Shown: positions 54,642 through 63,990 of the stretch, one piece after another
Layout of the letters: every line of letters begins with the position of its first letter
Position numbering within the stretch: position 1 is the stretch's first letter
DNA from: Candidatus Adlerbacteria bacterium
GTDB taxonomy: Bacteria; Patescibacteriota; Minisyncoccia; Phycocordibacterales; SBAW01
NCBI GenBank assembly: GCA_963749085.1
Contig: CAVVLG010000002.1
Location: 83,178 to 147,177 of the forward strand
DNA: 64,000 nucleotides
Reading direction: 5' to 3'
Made by a program: the position numbers and the translations under genes
Notes under the pieces: model-generated
The model's database searches: none
Told to the model about the DNA's origin: nothing
What the model saw: the letters and a program-made list of their open reading frames with translations, nothing else

Positions 54642-57371
54642 TCAACGTAACGCGGAAGCGATTTCTTTCTCTATGTTCTCCCGTGGACGCCCATACAACT
54701 GATAGGACAACTCCCGCATCGCATCAACCTGTTCCATACTTCCCCTCGCGAACGGCAGTGTTTCAATATTAAAGGGAGTTGCCGGTCTACCACCGATGAG
54801 CAAGCGCACAAATGCATTGAAGTTGTCGACCTGCATAAGGTCGCTAGCGGAAAACGGCGGGGAGAACTGTTTTTCCAGAAATTCGGCATCATCTGCTCCG
54901 ACGCGGAAGGCGCACAGGGAGCCGACGTTGCCGAACACCGCATCCCGTATCTCTTCGGTAAGCTGGGCAATGAACTGATGCGCCACGGTAAGCGATAACT
55001 TGTATTTCCGCGCTTCCGACAGAATGGTAGCGATTGAAGGGGTTGCAAAATTCTGGAACTCGTCGATATGGAGATAGAAGGGCGGCAACTCCTTGCCAAA
55101 GGAATCAGCCCTCGAAAGTGCTGCGATTTGAAATTTACCGACGATAACTAGCCCGAGCAAATTGGCGTTGAGATCGCCGATTCGGCCCTTAGCGAGGTTA
55201 ACCAAAAGAATTTTCCGAGTATCCATTATCTCCCTGAAGTTGAATGCAGATTTTTGCTGAGCAATAATCGGACGTACGAAATCGTTGGAGGTGAACTGAT
55301 CGAATTTGCTCGTGACGTATGGACCGTAGTTTTGCAAGCCCTGTTCGCCGGTAGCCTGCTCAGCTATGCCCTCCCAAAACGCTTTTACAATCGGGTTTTT
55401 GCATACAGTCAGTTTGTGGGCGCGAAAAACTGGGTCACTGAATATCCGCCCGATATCAAGGAGCGTGTTGCCGCTTGCCGGATCCTCCATTACGAGGAGC
55501 GCCGCGTTACGGAAGTACTGTAAGAATGCGGGTCCCATACTTTCCGGTATGTCACCAAACAATTTTTGAAAAATACCAATAAGCTCGTCGACGACCAACG
55601 TTTTCTGTTCGGGTCGTGTGACATCGTACTCGAGCATGTTAAGCCCCATCGGTCGCTCAGTGTGTGCCGGATCGAAATAAATAACATCCTGTTGACGCTC
55701 TGGAGGTATAGCGGAGAGAATGTCCAATACGTCAGTGCCATGCGGGTCGATGAAACAAACACCACTGCCGGCGCGGATATCCTGCACCACCATGTTTTTG
55801 AGAAGCGACGATTTGCCGGTGCCGGTTTGGCCCACCAAATAAAAGTGCCGCAATCTATCTTCGGCTTCGATATATACTTTGGTCTCAAGATTGCGGAAAC
55901 GGTTGATGCCAAGCAGAGTACCACCTTTCGGGAGCGTCGAAGGTGCGGGTGCTACCTGACTTTTCTCCTGTTGCAGCTGGGGCGCCGCCACAATGCCGCC
56001 CGGCCGGGGCAAGTGCGCCATGGTCGCAAGCTCAGTTGCAGAAAGGGGGAGTGAGGCGTCCTCATCGAGCGTGCGGTAGGAAAATGCATGAGCGAATTTT
56101 TTAATGCCGCGCGGCGAAATAACTTTAAACCGAAGTGCGTTACCTGCGGTGTCGGTAAATTGTTGAAACGGCGCCTCCAAATCGAGCAAAATGGCCTCTG
56201 CACGCTCCCGTGTCGGGGCCGACGCAACGAGGCGAATATCGGCATGAAGAATAGGACTTTCTATCTTGTGTTCGATATTTTTTATGCGTGGATCGTCGGG
56301 AGGCGGCCGTTTATCCTGCTCAAGTCTTTTATTCGGCCCAAAAAATGAAGCTATTTCTCCCAGTATACGAGGAATTCCCGTCTTAATGTCAGTGGCGCGA
56401 TTGATAGGGAAGCCCGCGCGAATATCCTGCAGAGCGCTCCGATAGCGGGCATCGAGTTCGTGGCCCTGGGGTGACACGACGAATTGCACAGCCGCGCCTT
56501 CGCTGATCTCGTCCAATTTGGAAAACGAATTGAGCAACACATCGAGCGGGTCGTTCGCGAAGGCCTCAAACGTGCGCAGCGAATAAATGCTTCGTGCCGT
56601 GAATGAGGCGCTCGCGGCGGCAATCTCGGCGCCCGGAGCAAACGCATTGTAGTCGTTGTGGCGTTCGGTCAAGCGCGCTGCGGGGTATAGGGAGAGTAGT
56701 TGTTTCTCAAAGAGTGCTTTGCGCGTGCTCGGTACGGCAATATATACCGTCGTGTGCACCAATCCCGCGGGATTGGCTATTTCGAAAGAAAAATATTCGC
56801 CATGTTTGGCATCCATTTGAAGCATGCCGCGGTAGAACTGCTCCATAAGAGAAATCGAGTCACGAATCGTTTTTACTGGATCGGTTGATGTATCATTCTC
56901 CGCAGTTGAGGAAGGAAGCGTTACCTCAAAAAGCGTCAGCGAAAGAGTTTGTCGGAGTGACTTTGTAACCGCGGCTTTGACAGGAAGTCCCTCGCGCACA
57001 TATTCGACCAGCACACGATGAAAATCGTCAGCGAGATGAGGGTTGCCGGTCGATTCAGCCACGGTTATAGCCTTCAAAACCCCTTTTTCTTGTAGGACCT
57101 GAATCAGTTCTCCCATCCGTTCATCGTGCTGCTCTGGGCTAAGTTCCAGCGTAATCATCCCAAGTTTCTCGGGAGAAATAGTTTGGCTTGAAATACTTTT
57201 TTGCCAGTGTTCAGAAACAGTTTGTTGTGCGGCGGCGGCACTGGAATGCTCTTGCGGCACACCCTCCGCTCGCAGCTTTGCTTCAAGCGCCGCTGCTTTA
57301 GCCCGCAGTTCCTGCAGTTCCGTCCGAGCGGCATTACTCGTCGGTACTTCGATAGAACGGGATGTCTCCAT
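54642..57371 (-). CDS. VirB4/TraC/TrbE-like ATPase of the FtsK/HerA superfamily. The soluble N-terminal domain of about 450 aa is VirB4-like.
   Basis: Walker A GQTGTGKSS. CFIDPHG. Walker B LHIDEFQNF. ARKYKLSLTVAHQ (Arg finger). 909 aa with no TM helix. TATACT 6 nt before the ATG. Confidence 0.75.
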   Translation of the reverse strand: METSRSIEVPTSNAARTELQELRAKAAALEAKLRAEGVPQEHSSAAAAQQTVSEHWQKSISSQTISPEKLGMITLELSPEQHDERMGELIQVLQEKGVLKAITVAESTGNPHLADDFHRVLVEYVREGLPVKAAVTKSLRQTLSLTLFEVTLPSSTAENDTSTDPVKTIRDSISLMEQFYRGMLQMDAKHGEYFSFEIANPAGLVHTTVYIAVPSTRKALFEKQLLSLYPAARLTERHNDYNAFAPGAEIAAASASFTARSIYSLRTFEAFANDPLDVLLNSFSKLDEISEGAAVQFVVSPQGHELDARYRSALQDIRAGFPINRATDIKTGIPRILGEIASFFGPNKRLEQDKRPPPDDPRIKNIEHKIESPILHADIRLVASAPTRERAEAILLDLEAPFQQFTDTAGNALRFKVISPRGIKKFAHAFSYRTLDEDASLPLSATELATMAHLPRPGGIVAAPQLQQEKSQVAPAPSTLPKGGTLLGINRFRNLETKVYIEAEDRLRHFYLVGQTGTGKSSLLKNMVVQDIRAGSGVCFIDPHGTDVLDILSAIPPERQQDVIYFDPAHTERPMGLNMLEYDVTRPEQKTLVVDELIGIFQKLFGDIPESMGPAFLQYFRNAALLVMEDPASGNTLLDIGRIFSDPVFRAHKLTVCKNPIVKAFWEGIAEQATGEQGLQNYGPYVTSKFDQFTSNDFVRPIIAQQKSAFNFREIMDTRKILLVNLAKGRIGDLNANLLGLVIVGKFQIAALSRADSFGKELPPFYLHIDEFQNFATPSIATILSEARKYKLSLTVAHQFIAQLTEEIRDAVFGNVGSLCAFRVGADDAEFLEKQFSPPFSASDLMQVDNFNAFVRLLIGGRPATPFNIETLPFARGSMEQVDAMRELSYQLYGRPRENIEKEIASALR

Positions 57372-57438
57372 ATGAGGGAAGTATAACAGTCTCTCCTACC
57401 CCACAAAGCTCTTTTTCTGATAAACTGGGAGCATAGGT

Positions 57439-58566
57439 ATGAAGATTTTATTCACCGGGGGAGGATCAGGAGGACATTTTTACCCCATAATTGCCGTAGC
57501 GGAAGCCGTAAACGACCTCGTGCGAGAGAGAAAGCTTCTTGAACCGCAGCTCTATTACGCGGCGCCCGAGCCCTATGATCGAGAGATGCTGGTGGCACAA
57601 AATATCATGTTCGTCCCCACTGCGGCGGGAAAGATTCGCAACTATTTCTCCGTCCTCAATTTTTTCGATTATTTCAAAACAGGGTGGGGGACCTTCCGTT
57701 CGGTACTGCGCATTTTCTTTCTCTACCCCGATGTGGTATTCGGCAAAGGAGGTTACGTGAGTTTCCCGACGTTGCTTGCCGCAAAGTTGTTCCGCATACC
57801 GGTTGTCATCCACGAGTCTGATGCCGATCCAGGCCGTGTAAATCGCTGGGCCGGAAAGTTTGCTCAAAAAATTGCGATTTCCTATCCGGAAGCCGCGCAC
57901 TACTTCCCGAAAGAAAAAGTCGCTTTTACCGGCAACCCCGTGCGCAAAGCGGCGCTATTCCCGGCGCGCGAGGGCGCGTTCGAGTTTCTTAAACTCAAAC
58001 ACGATATACCGGTCATCTTTATCACCGGTGGCTCACAGGGAGCACAAGCCATAAACGAATGCGTGCTTGAGGCTCTTCCACAGCTCATTGAGAAATATCA
58101 GCTAGTGCACCAGACCGGCGAGGAGAATTTCAAGGAGGTCGAGGGCAGAGCGAAGGTCGTTCTTGAAAATTCTCTCCATGCGGATCGCTACAAGCCGTTC
58201 GGCTATCTCAACGATCTTGCCATGCGCATGAGCGCGGGTGCCGCAGCTCTGGTCATCTCGCGCGCGGGCTCAACCATCTTCGAGATAGCCGGGTGGGGGC
58301 TACCGTCGATAATCATTCCCATACCGGAGCCCATCTCGCACGACCAGACGAAGAATGCGTTCGCCTACGCGCGCTCGGGTGCGTGCGTAGTTATCGAGCA
58401 GAACAATCTGACTCCCGGTCTCCTCGCTGCAGAGATACAGAGAATTTTGGACAAACCAGAATCCGTGCATAAGATGGCCGAAGCCGCGCGCGCATTTGCT
58501 CGGCCCGATGCTGCCAAAGCGATAGCCAACGCGCTCATTGATATTGCTCTCTCCCATGAAGTCTGA
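57439..58566 (+). CDS. murG: undecaprenyldiphospho-muramoylpentapeptide beta-N-acetylglucosaminyltransferase
   Basis: MKILFTGGGSGGHFYPIIAVAEA. C-terminal GT-B domain. Confidence 0.92.
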   Translation: MKILFTGGGSGGHFYPIIAVAEAVNDLVRERKLLEPQLYYAAPEPYDREMLVAQNIMFVPTAAGKIRNYFSVLNFFDYFKTGWGTFRSVLRIFFLYPDVVFGKGGYVSFPTLLAAKLFRIPVVIHESDADPGRVNRWAGKFAQKIAISYPEAAHYFPKEKVAFTGNPVRKAALFPAREGAFEFLKLKHDIPVIFITGGSQGAQAINECVLEALPQLIEKYQLVHQTGEENFKEVEGRAKVVLENSLHADRYKPFGYLNDLAMRMSAGAAALVISRAGSTIFEIAGWGLPSIIIPIPEPISHDQTKNAFAYARSGACVVIEQNNLTPGLLAAEIQRILDKPESVHKMAEAARAFARPDAAKAIANALIDIALSHEV

Positions 58567-59857
58567 CCCCGTCACGCGATTTGCGCCGTCGCCAACCGGC
58601 AATCTCAATTTAGGCGCTGTGCGCGCGGGTATTTTTGCTTATTTGTTCGCCCGACACGCCAAAGGCACCTTTATTGTACGCATCGAAGATACGGATAAGG
58701 AGCGATCAAAGAAGGAGTACGAGAAGGATATTTTGGATTCGCTGAAATGGCTCGGCATAGAGTACGATACCCTCTACCGACAAAGCGATCACGCCACGAG
58801 GCACGAGGAGCTGCTGCGCACACTCATAGCTGAAGATAAGGCGTATGTGTCCAAAGAAACTCCGCAGGAGGAAGGAGGAAGGGAGGAGGTCATACGCTTC
58901 CGCAATCCAAACAAGACACTTAACTTTACTGATCTGGTGCGCGGGGACATTAGTTTCGACACCACTGAACTGAAGGACTTTATCATTGCCAGAAGTCTTA
59001 CCGAGCCGGTGTTTCATTTCGCCGTGGTCGTAGACGACTGGGATGAAGGCGTAACTCATGTCATACGCGGGGAAGATCATATTTCAAACACGCCGCGCCA
59101 GATACTCATACAAGAAGCGCTCGGAGCTCCCCGGCCGCAGTACGCTCACCTGCCGCTTATCTTGGGGAGCGACGGTACCAAGCTCTCTAAGCGCAAAGGC
59201 GCTAAAGCCATAAGTGAATATCGCGAGATGGGGTATCTGCCTGAAGCCATTTTGAATTATGATGCGCTGCTCGGCTGGCATCCAGGAGATGATCAGGAAA
59301 TCTTAAACAAACAGCAGCTTATCGACAGATTTACGCTAGAGCGGGTGCAAAAAAGCCCCGCGACGTTTGATGACACCAAGCTGCTGTGGTTTAACCGTGA
59401 ACATTTAAAATTATTCTCTGAGGACGAGTTCGCACAACGCCTGGAGACTTTTAGTGGCAAAGAAATTGACGAGCGTCTGGTGCCCCTCTTGCGTGAGCGC
59501 TCGCAGACTCTTAAAGGAGCAGCGGACGCCCTTGAGGGGGGAGAATATGACTTTCTTGGCACGGTAGCAGTGAATAAAGAATTACTGCTTAAAGGAGCAA
59601 AGACCGATACTGCATTGGCAAAGAAACACCTTCAAACAGTTTCTGAGCTTCTCGAGCCGCTTAAGGACTTTACACCGGAGCACATAAAGGGCGTCGTATT
59701 CCCCTATGCGACCGAGCAGGGGAGGGCATCCGTATTGTGGCCCCTGCGGGTTGCTCTTTCGGGGAGGGAGAAGTCGCCCGATCCGTTCACTTTGGCCGCT
59801 CTTATAGGCAAAAAAGAAGCTCTGAAGCGCATACAAGAGGCTGTTTTAGCCCTTTAG
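58556..59857 (+). CDS. gltX: glutamate--tRNA ligase
   Basis: RFAPSPTGNLNLGAVRAGIFAYLFAR, HVIRGEDHISNTPRQ, KLSKRKG. ATG 11 nt inside the murG 3' end. The track start is a TTG. Confidence 0.9.
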   Translation: MKSDPVTRFAPSPTGNLNLGAVRAGIFAYLFARHAKGTFIVRIEDTDKERSKKEYEKDILDSLKWLGIEYDTLYRQSDHATRHEELLRTLIAEDKAYVSKETPQEEGGREEVIRFRNPNKTLNFTDLVRGDISFDTTELKDFIIARSLTEPVFHFAVVVDDWDEGVTHVIRGEDHISNTPRQILIQEALGAPRPQYAHLPLILGSDGTKLSKRKGAKAISEYREMGYLPEAILNYDALLGWHPGDDQEILNKQQLIDRFTLERVQKSPATFDDTKLLWFNREHLKLFSEDEFAQRLETFSGKEIDERLVPLLRERSQTLKGAADALEGGEYDFLGTVAVNKELLLKGAKTDTALAKKHLQTVSELLEPLKDFTPEHIKGVVFPYATEQGRASVLWPLRVALSGREKSPDPFTLAALIGKKEALKRIQEAVLAL

Positions 59858-59956
59858 TCATTATCCCCACCCATCTCTTTTAATCGCCCGCCAAAGAGCC
59901 ATACTTATGGGGCGGGGCGGTCGAGCCGCGGTAACATTTCCCTACAATACTCAATT

Positions 59957-60187
59957 ATGAAAGCACTCCATATGATAGCGTTTATCCTCCTTGTCATCGG
60001 GGGACTTAACTGGGGCCTTATCGGCCTTGGCGGTTTTGCCGGCGCTAACTGGAACGTTATTGATTTGATTCTTGGTTCGTGGCCGTCGATAGAATGGATT
60101 GTCTATGTCCTGGTAGGTCTCTCAGCAATTTGGCTTGCGGTGACCCACATGAAGGACTGCAAGACGTGCTCAATGAAAAGCATGTAA
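59957..60187 (+). CDS. DUF378-family small membrane protein
   Basis: MKALHMIAFILLVIGGLNWGLIGL is a DUF378 signature. TACAAT 8 nt before the ATG. Confidence 0.7.
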   Translation: MKALHMIAFILLVIGGLNWGLIGLGGFAGANWNVIDLILGSWPSIEWIVYVLVGLSAIWLAVTHMKDCKTCSMKSM

Positions 60188-60214
60188 ATTTAGTTTTTTC
60201 GCATCATACAAAAA

Positions 60215-60245
60215 ACTCCCCTTTGATTGGGGATTTTTTGTTTTG
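60215..60245 (+). terminator. rho-independent terminator (tcccc-tttgatt-gggga plus tttttt)
   Basis: Read from the sequence. Confidence 0.7.
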
Positions 60246-60247
60246 AG

Positions 60248-60282
60248 ACAAAAAGAACCGCCGGAGAGTTAGACTCCGGCGG
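60248..60282 (-). terminator. rho-independent terminator for purD (ccgccggag-loop-ctccggcgg, T-run on the minus strand). The purD stop codon sits in the loop.
   Basis: Read from the sequence. Confidence 0.7.
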
Positions 60283-61507
60283 CAATGCCATCGTGCACTT
60301 GCTCACCTCCACCAACAATAGAGACGAGGTGTGCGGCTATGTTGCCCCGTTCGCGAGCTAGCGTAAGGGTGGGGGCTATATTAACCACATTCAACACTCT
60401 TCCCTTATTGCCGGCCCGGTATAACCGAGTACCGGGAATCTGCAAGGCGAATTCCGTGCCGTGGAATCCACTTATTTCTTCAGAGTGTTCGGGATAGCCG
60501 CGAGAAGCAATCACGAAACACACGGCGGCGGATTTTTTCCAACGCAATGGCTTCATCTTCGAGAGGCCGCCGAACTCGGTACAGGCACAAAGATAGGGAA
60601 GTAGATCACTCTTAAGCCTGGGCAGCAGTACCTGTGCTTCGGGATCGCCAAATCTCGCGTTGACCTCCAGAAGCTTTGGGCCTTCATTCGTTACCATGAT
60701 GCCCGCATAGAGGACACCGTGATATGGCGTGCCTTCCTGACGCATGGCGTAGAGAAGCCGGTCAATTATTGTTCTTTTTATCTCCCTTAAGAGTTTACGA
60801 CTCACCCCTCGGACAACAGGAGAAAAGGCTCCCATGCCGCCGGTCATCAGTTTAGAACCTGGGAGCGTTTTGTAATCTCGGACAAGCTCCAGGAGCATGC
60901 TCCGTTTCCCGTCGCACAAGGCGGTGACCGACAACTCGTACCCGTATAGCTTGCATTCAATCACAATAGGTTCTACGGACAGAGTGTCCCCAAGTTCCTC
61001 TCGTGCGTCTGCAATAGCCTCCTCGATACTGTCGGGCATTTTCACCCCTTTGCCGTCACGCAGACCATCCGCTTTTATCACCACTGGGTATAAACGGTGG
61101 ATTAGTTCCTCCGCGCGCATCATATCGCGTGCGGTACCATAGTCCGCCGTAGGAATACCGTAGCGCCAGCAAATGAGCTTGCATCGCGCCTTGCTGCCTT
61201 CCAATTGCGCCGCTCCCTGAGACGGACTGAAGATGGAAAGTCCTTGGCGGGTGAATAGATCAGCAATGCCCTGTACGACTGGGCGATCTGGTCCAACGAC
61301 TGTAAACTTCACCTTCTCTTTTCTTGCCAGCCGAAGCAATCCTAAAAGATCGGTAGACTCAACTGGCCGTCTGTCTTTTTCTGGAATACCAGCGTTGCCG
61401 GGAGCAACAATAACCTCTCTTTTTCCATTTCTGGAAAGAGCGGGGTACATGGCATGCTCGCGGCCTCCAGAACCCACGAGCATAATTTTCTCGCGTTTCT
61501 TTAGCAT
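60269..61507 (-). CDS. purD: phosphoribosylamine--glycine ligase
   Basis: MLVGSGGREHAM plus ATP-grasp motifs. ATG preceded by GAGGAGAA. The track start is a TTG at 61531. Confidence 0.88.
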   Translation of the reverse strand: MLKKREKIMLVGSGGREHAMYPALSRNGKREVIVAPGNAGIPEKDRRPVESTDLLGLLRLARKEKVKFTVVGPDRPVVQGIADLFTRQGLSIFSPSQGAAQLEGSKARCKLICWRYGIPTADYGTARDMMRAEELIHRLYPVVIKADGLRDGKGVKMPDSIEEAIADAREELGDTLSVEPIVIECKLYGYELSVTALCDGKRSMLLELVRDYKTLPGSKLMTGGMGAFSPVVRGVSRKLLREIKRTIIDRLLYAMRQEGTPYHGVLYAGIMVTNEGPKLLEVNARFGDPEAQVLLPRLKSDLLPYLCACTEFGGLSKMKPLRWKKSAAVCFVIASRGYPEHSEEISGFHGTEFALQIPGTRLYRAGNKGRVLNVVNIAPTLTLARERGNIAAHLVSIVGGGEQVHDGIAAGV

Positions 61508-61553
61508 CAGATTTCTCCTCGTCTCAAGCAACTACTTCTGTATTAAATATACT

Positions 61554-62297
61554 TTACTTCTTAGAGCTTGACCATTCCTCAAGCTTCATTGCAGTCGTCT
61601 CTATCTTAGCCGCTGGACGGAGAATCTTTATTAGATTCTTCGGTACGGCAGGGGAGTGAGGTGAGGCATCCAAGTCTTCAGCCAGCCAATCGAGGTTTTT
61701 GGACTGCAATAATCGGGCAGGAGAATATCGGCGGAGATTAAATGGTTGAGAATATGTGCGGAGTGTTTTTTTGCCCAGATTTTTTTTATTCACTTTATGA
61801 TGTATGTCGTTCCATAAATAATACTCATGAAAATATGACATGGCTAACTCACGTGGACTTTGATAGACAGGATCGCGCCATCGCAATACTGGATGATTTG
61901 TTTTGCTAATCGCACCCCAGTATTTCCCTTCTTTAAAAATCGCCACTACATGATCCTCATCATCTTGGGTGGTTTGAAAATCCATAACCAACGGCTCCCT
62001 GCCGTGATAGGCGAGGGCAGTGGTCGCCAGTATCGCCCCCTCTATGCATTGAGCTTTCTTGCCCTTCAGCACCTGACGTGGGGTCTGTATCCCCTCCCTC
62101 CCGGTGGGGAAGTTCTCAGGAATACTATCTAGAAAATCTTGGATCTTTTTTGGAGAAAATAATTTATCAAGTATCCGCCGTTCGGCTGAGGAGAACTCCT
62201 CACGGAGTCTTGTTTGATATAAAAGTAATACTTTGTCCATGTCTGTGTTGCTGGGGTAGCCGAGGTTATAGGTCGCACAATATACCTTTTGCGACAC
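61554..62297 (-). CDS. transglutaminase-like (papain-fold) domain protein, putative cysteine peptidase
   Basis: KAQCIEGAILATTALAYHG...DHVVAIFKEGKYWGAI resembles the Transglut_core Cys-His-Asp arrangement. GTG start. An alternative ATG is at 62240. Confidence 0.45.
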   Translation of the reverse strand: MSQKVYCATYNLGYPSNTDMDKVLLLYQTRLREEFSSAERRILDKLFSPKKIQDFLDSIPENFPTGREGIQTPRQVLKGKKAQCIEGAILATTALAYHGREPLVMDFQTTQDDEDHVVAIFKEGKYWGAISKTNHPVLRWRDPVYQSPRELAMSYFHEYYLWNDIHHKVNKKNLGKKTLRTYSQPFNLRRYSPARLLQSKNLDWLAEDLDASPHSPAVPKNLIKILRPAAKIETTAMKLEEWSSSKK

Positions 62298-62462
62298 TTA
62301 ATACTAGCGTCGTTAAGGCATTAAACATCCATTATAATACGATCTAAATTGTCTCCTACGTCTCCTGAGCAATATCTTTCGCAACATAGCGGCTATGAGG
62401 TTATAATCCCGTTTGTAGCATTACTCTTCTCTTGGTGTTTGGTATACTAAAAACCCAAACCT

Positions 62463-62744
62463 ATGCCCTTAGAACGAATTTTGAACGAGATTTTAAACGT
62501 TAATGGTGAGACGGCCTGGATTTCCGTAGAAGGTCTTTACTCATTAAATGAAGTCACCGTGCCACGATATGCAACTCCACCAGGAAGTGTTGCTGGACTG
62601 CTTCAAATCAATCCTATTCGTAGACTCAACTTTAACCCCAATCAGGGGCTAGTTATAAAAGCCTTTATAAATACACGCACAGGAGAGATAAAAACATTCT
62701 TGGCAAAAAATATAGCCGACTTACCAGAAAGAGGACTATTATAG
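62463..62744 (+). CDS. hypothetical protein (93 aa)
   Basis: ORF in a low-GC region. TATACT upstream. Confidence 0.35.
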   Translation: MPLERILNEILNVNGETAWISVEGLYSLNEVTVPRYATPPGSVAGLLQINPIRRLNFNPNQGLVIKAFINTRTGEIKTFLAKNIADLPERGLL

Positions 62745-62746
62745 AT

Positions 62747-63040
62747 ATGGTTGAAGAACTTAAAAAGAGAGCTGCCGAATCCAAGGGAAAAGAAACGGTG
62801 GAAAGAAGCGAATTTGAGGCTGTCATTGAAGCTTTAAATAGAAACCACAATCTTGTTCTTGGATTAACCGTTGGGGTTATTGTTGTTATGCTTGTACTCT
62901 TGATCACGTTAGTAATTCAATCGTTTGACGGGAGTGAGGCTTCTTACCAGAATTTGAATAATCAAATTGCAGAACAAAATGCTAAAATAGATGAGATGTA
63001 CACCATCCTCCAACTTGATTACGCCAATAAGAATCCCTAA
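62747..63040 (+). CDS. small bitopic protein with a C-terminal coiled coil (FtsB/DivIC-like topology)
   Basis: Cytoplasmic N-terminus, one TM, coiled-coil tail. Starts 2 nt after the previous stop. Confidence 0.4.
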   Translation: MVEELKKRAAESKGKETVERSEFEAVIEALNRNHNLVLGLTVGVIVVMLVLLITLVIQSFDGSEASYQNLNNQIAEQNAKIDEMYTILQLDYANKNP

Positions 63041-63108
63041 TTTCTCGCCTATCGGAGGGGGAGTGATTCCCCTATTACCAGTGTCAACTTAGGGGGTATA
63101 ATTGGGAC

Positions 63109-63573
63109 ATGACTAAGACACGGGGGTGGCTTCTCGTGGGTGTGCTGGCAGTGATAATCGTTGGGGTTTACTTTGCAGATCAGAGTCAAAGCTCACCTCC
63201 ATACACGGTGTACCCTGTCTTTTGCGAGGACTGGGGAAACAACCCGCCAGCGGTAGAAGATTTTGCCAATTGCCAAAAGCTGTATGCTTATCCGCGAGAA
63301 ACTTTCACCCTCGATGAAAGTAAAAACCAAATTACAGAAATTTCTCCTGATAGTTCCAGTTTCTATGTCTTAAACAATTGCACTATTGTAGATACAGAAC
63401 ATTGGGAGTGCAGAGGAAATAATGATTTTTTTGGTGAAGTGTCGCCAAGTAGAAATGGGGATAACTTCAGCGAAAATGCTGATGACGGAGGGCCATTCAA
63501 TACTATTTTTGCAACACAAGCGCAATGGGATTCCATAAATAATGGACTTCCTAGCTTACCGCAGGGTAGTTAA
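63109..63573 (+). CDS. hypothetical secreted or membrane-anchored cysteine-containing protein (154 aa)
   Basis: AGGGGG plus TATAAT upstream. N-terminal signal/anchor. Confidence 0.5.
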   Translation: MTKTRGWLLVGVLAVIIVGVYFADQSQSSPPYTVYPVFCEDWGNNPPAVEDFANCQKLYAYPRETFTLDESKNQITEISPDSSSFYVLNNCTIVDTEHWECRGNNDFFGEVSPSRNGDNFSENADDGGPFNTIFATQAQWDSINNGLPSLPQGS

Positions 63574-63612
63574 AGTGACAGTTATCTGTGTTTAATACGT
63601 TACAATGAACCT

Positions 63613-63990
63613 ATGTACCGTTGGTCCGATATCTTTGCCCCGCTCATCGGGCGAATACTCGTGGGCGGCTACTTCTTATGGAACGGTATAGAAACTACGC
63701 TCAACTTCCCTGCTGCCGTAGCTAAAATCGCAGCCACTACTACGCCAGACCCAATTGTCGCCACCGTTATATTCATCGCTATACAGGTACTCGGCGGCAT
63801 AGTGCTGGTCGTAGGCTTCAAAACACGCTCCGTAGCCCTCATTCTCGCTCTCTACACCATCGCAACGGCAGTTGCATATACAGACTTCTCAAACGATCTA
63901 CAGCAAGCGCTGTTTCTGCAAAGCATAGCGGTCATCGGCGGCCTTCTGTATATCTCGGCATTCGGCTCGGGACTTTGGGCCATGGAGTGA
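63613..63990 (+). CDS. DoxX-family membrane protein
   Basis: RILVGGYFLWNGIETTLNF plus four TM helices. TACAAT 6 nt before the ATG. Confidence 0.7.
   Translation: MYRWSDIFAPLIGRILVGGYFLWNGIETTLNFPAAVAKIAATTTPDPIVATVIFIAIQVLGGIVLVVGFKTRSVALILALYTIATAVAYTDFSNDLQQALFLQSIAVIGGLLYISAFGSGLWAME

Noticed and set aside
59858-59956. Possible terminator hairpin cccgcc...ggcggg after gltX
   Set aside because: The stem is imperfect and no U-tract follows.
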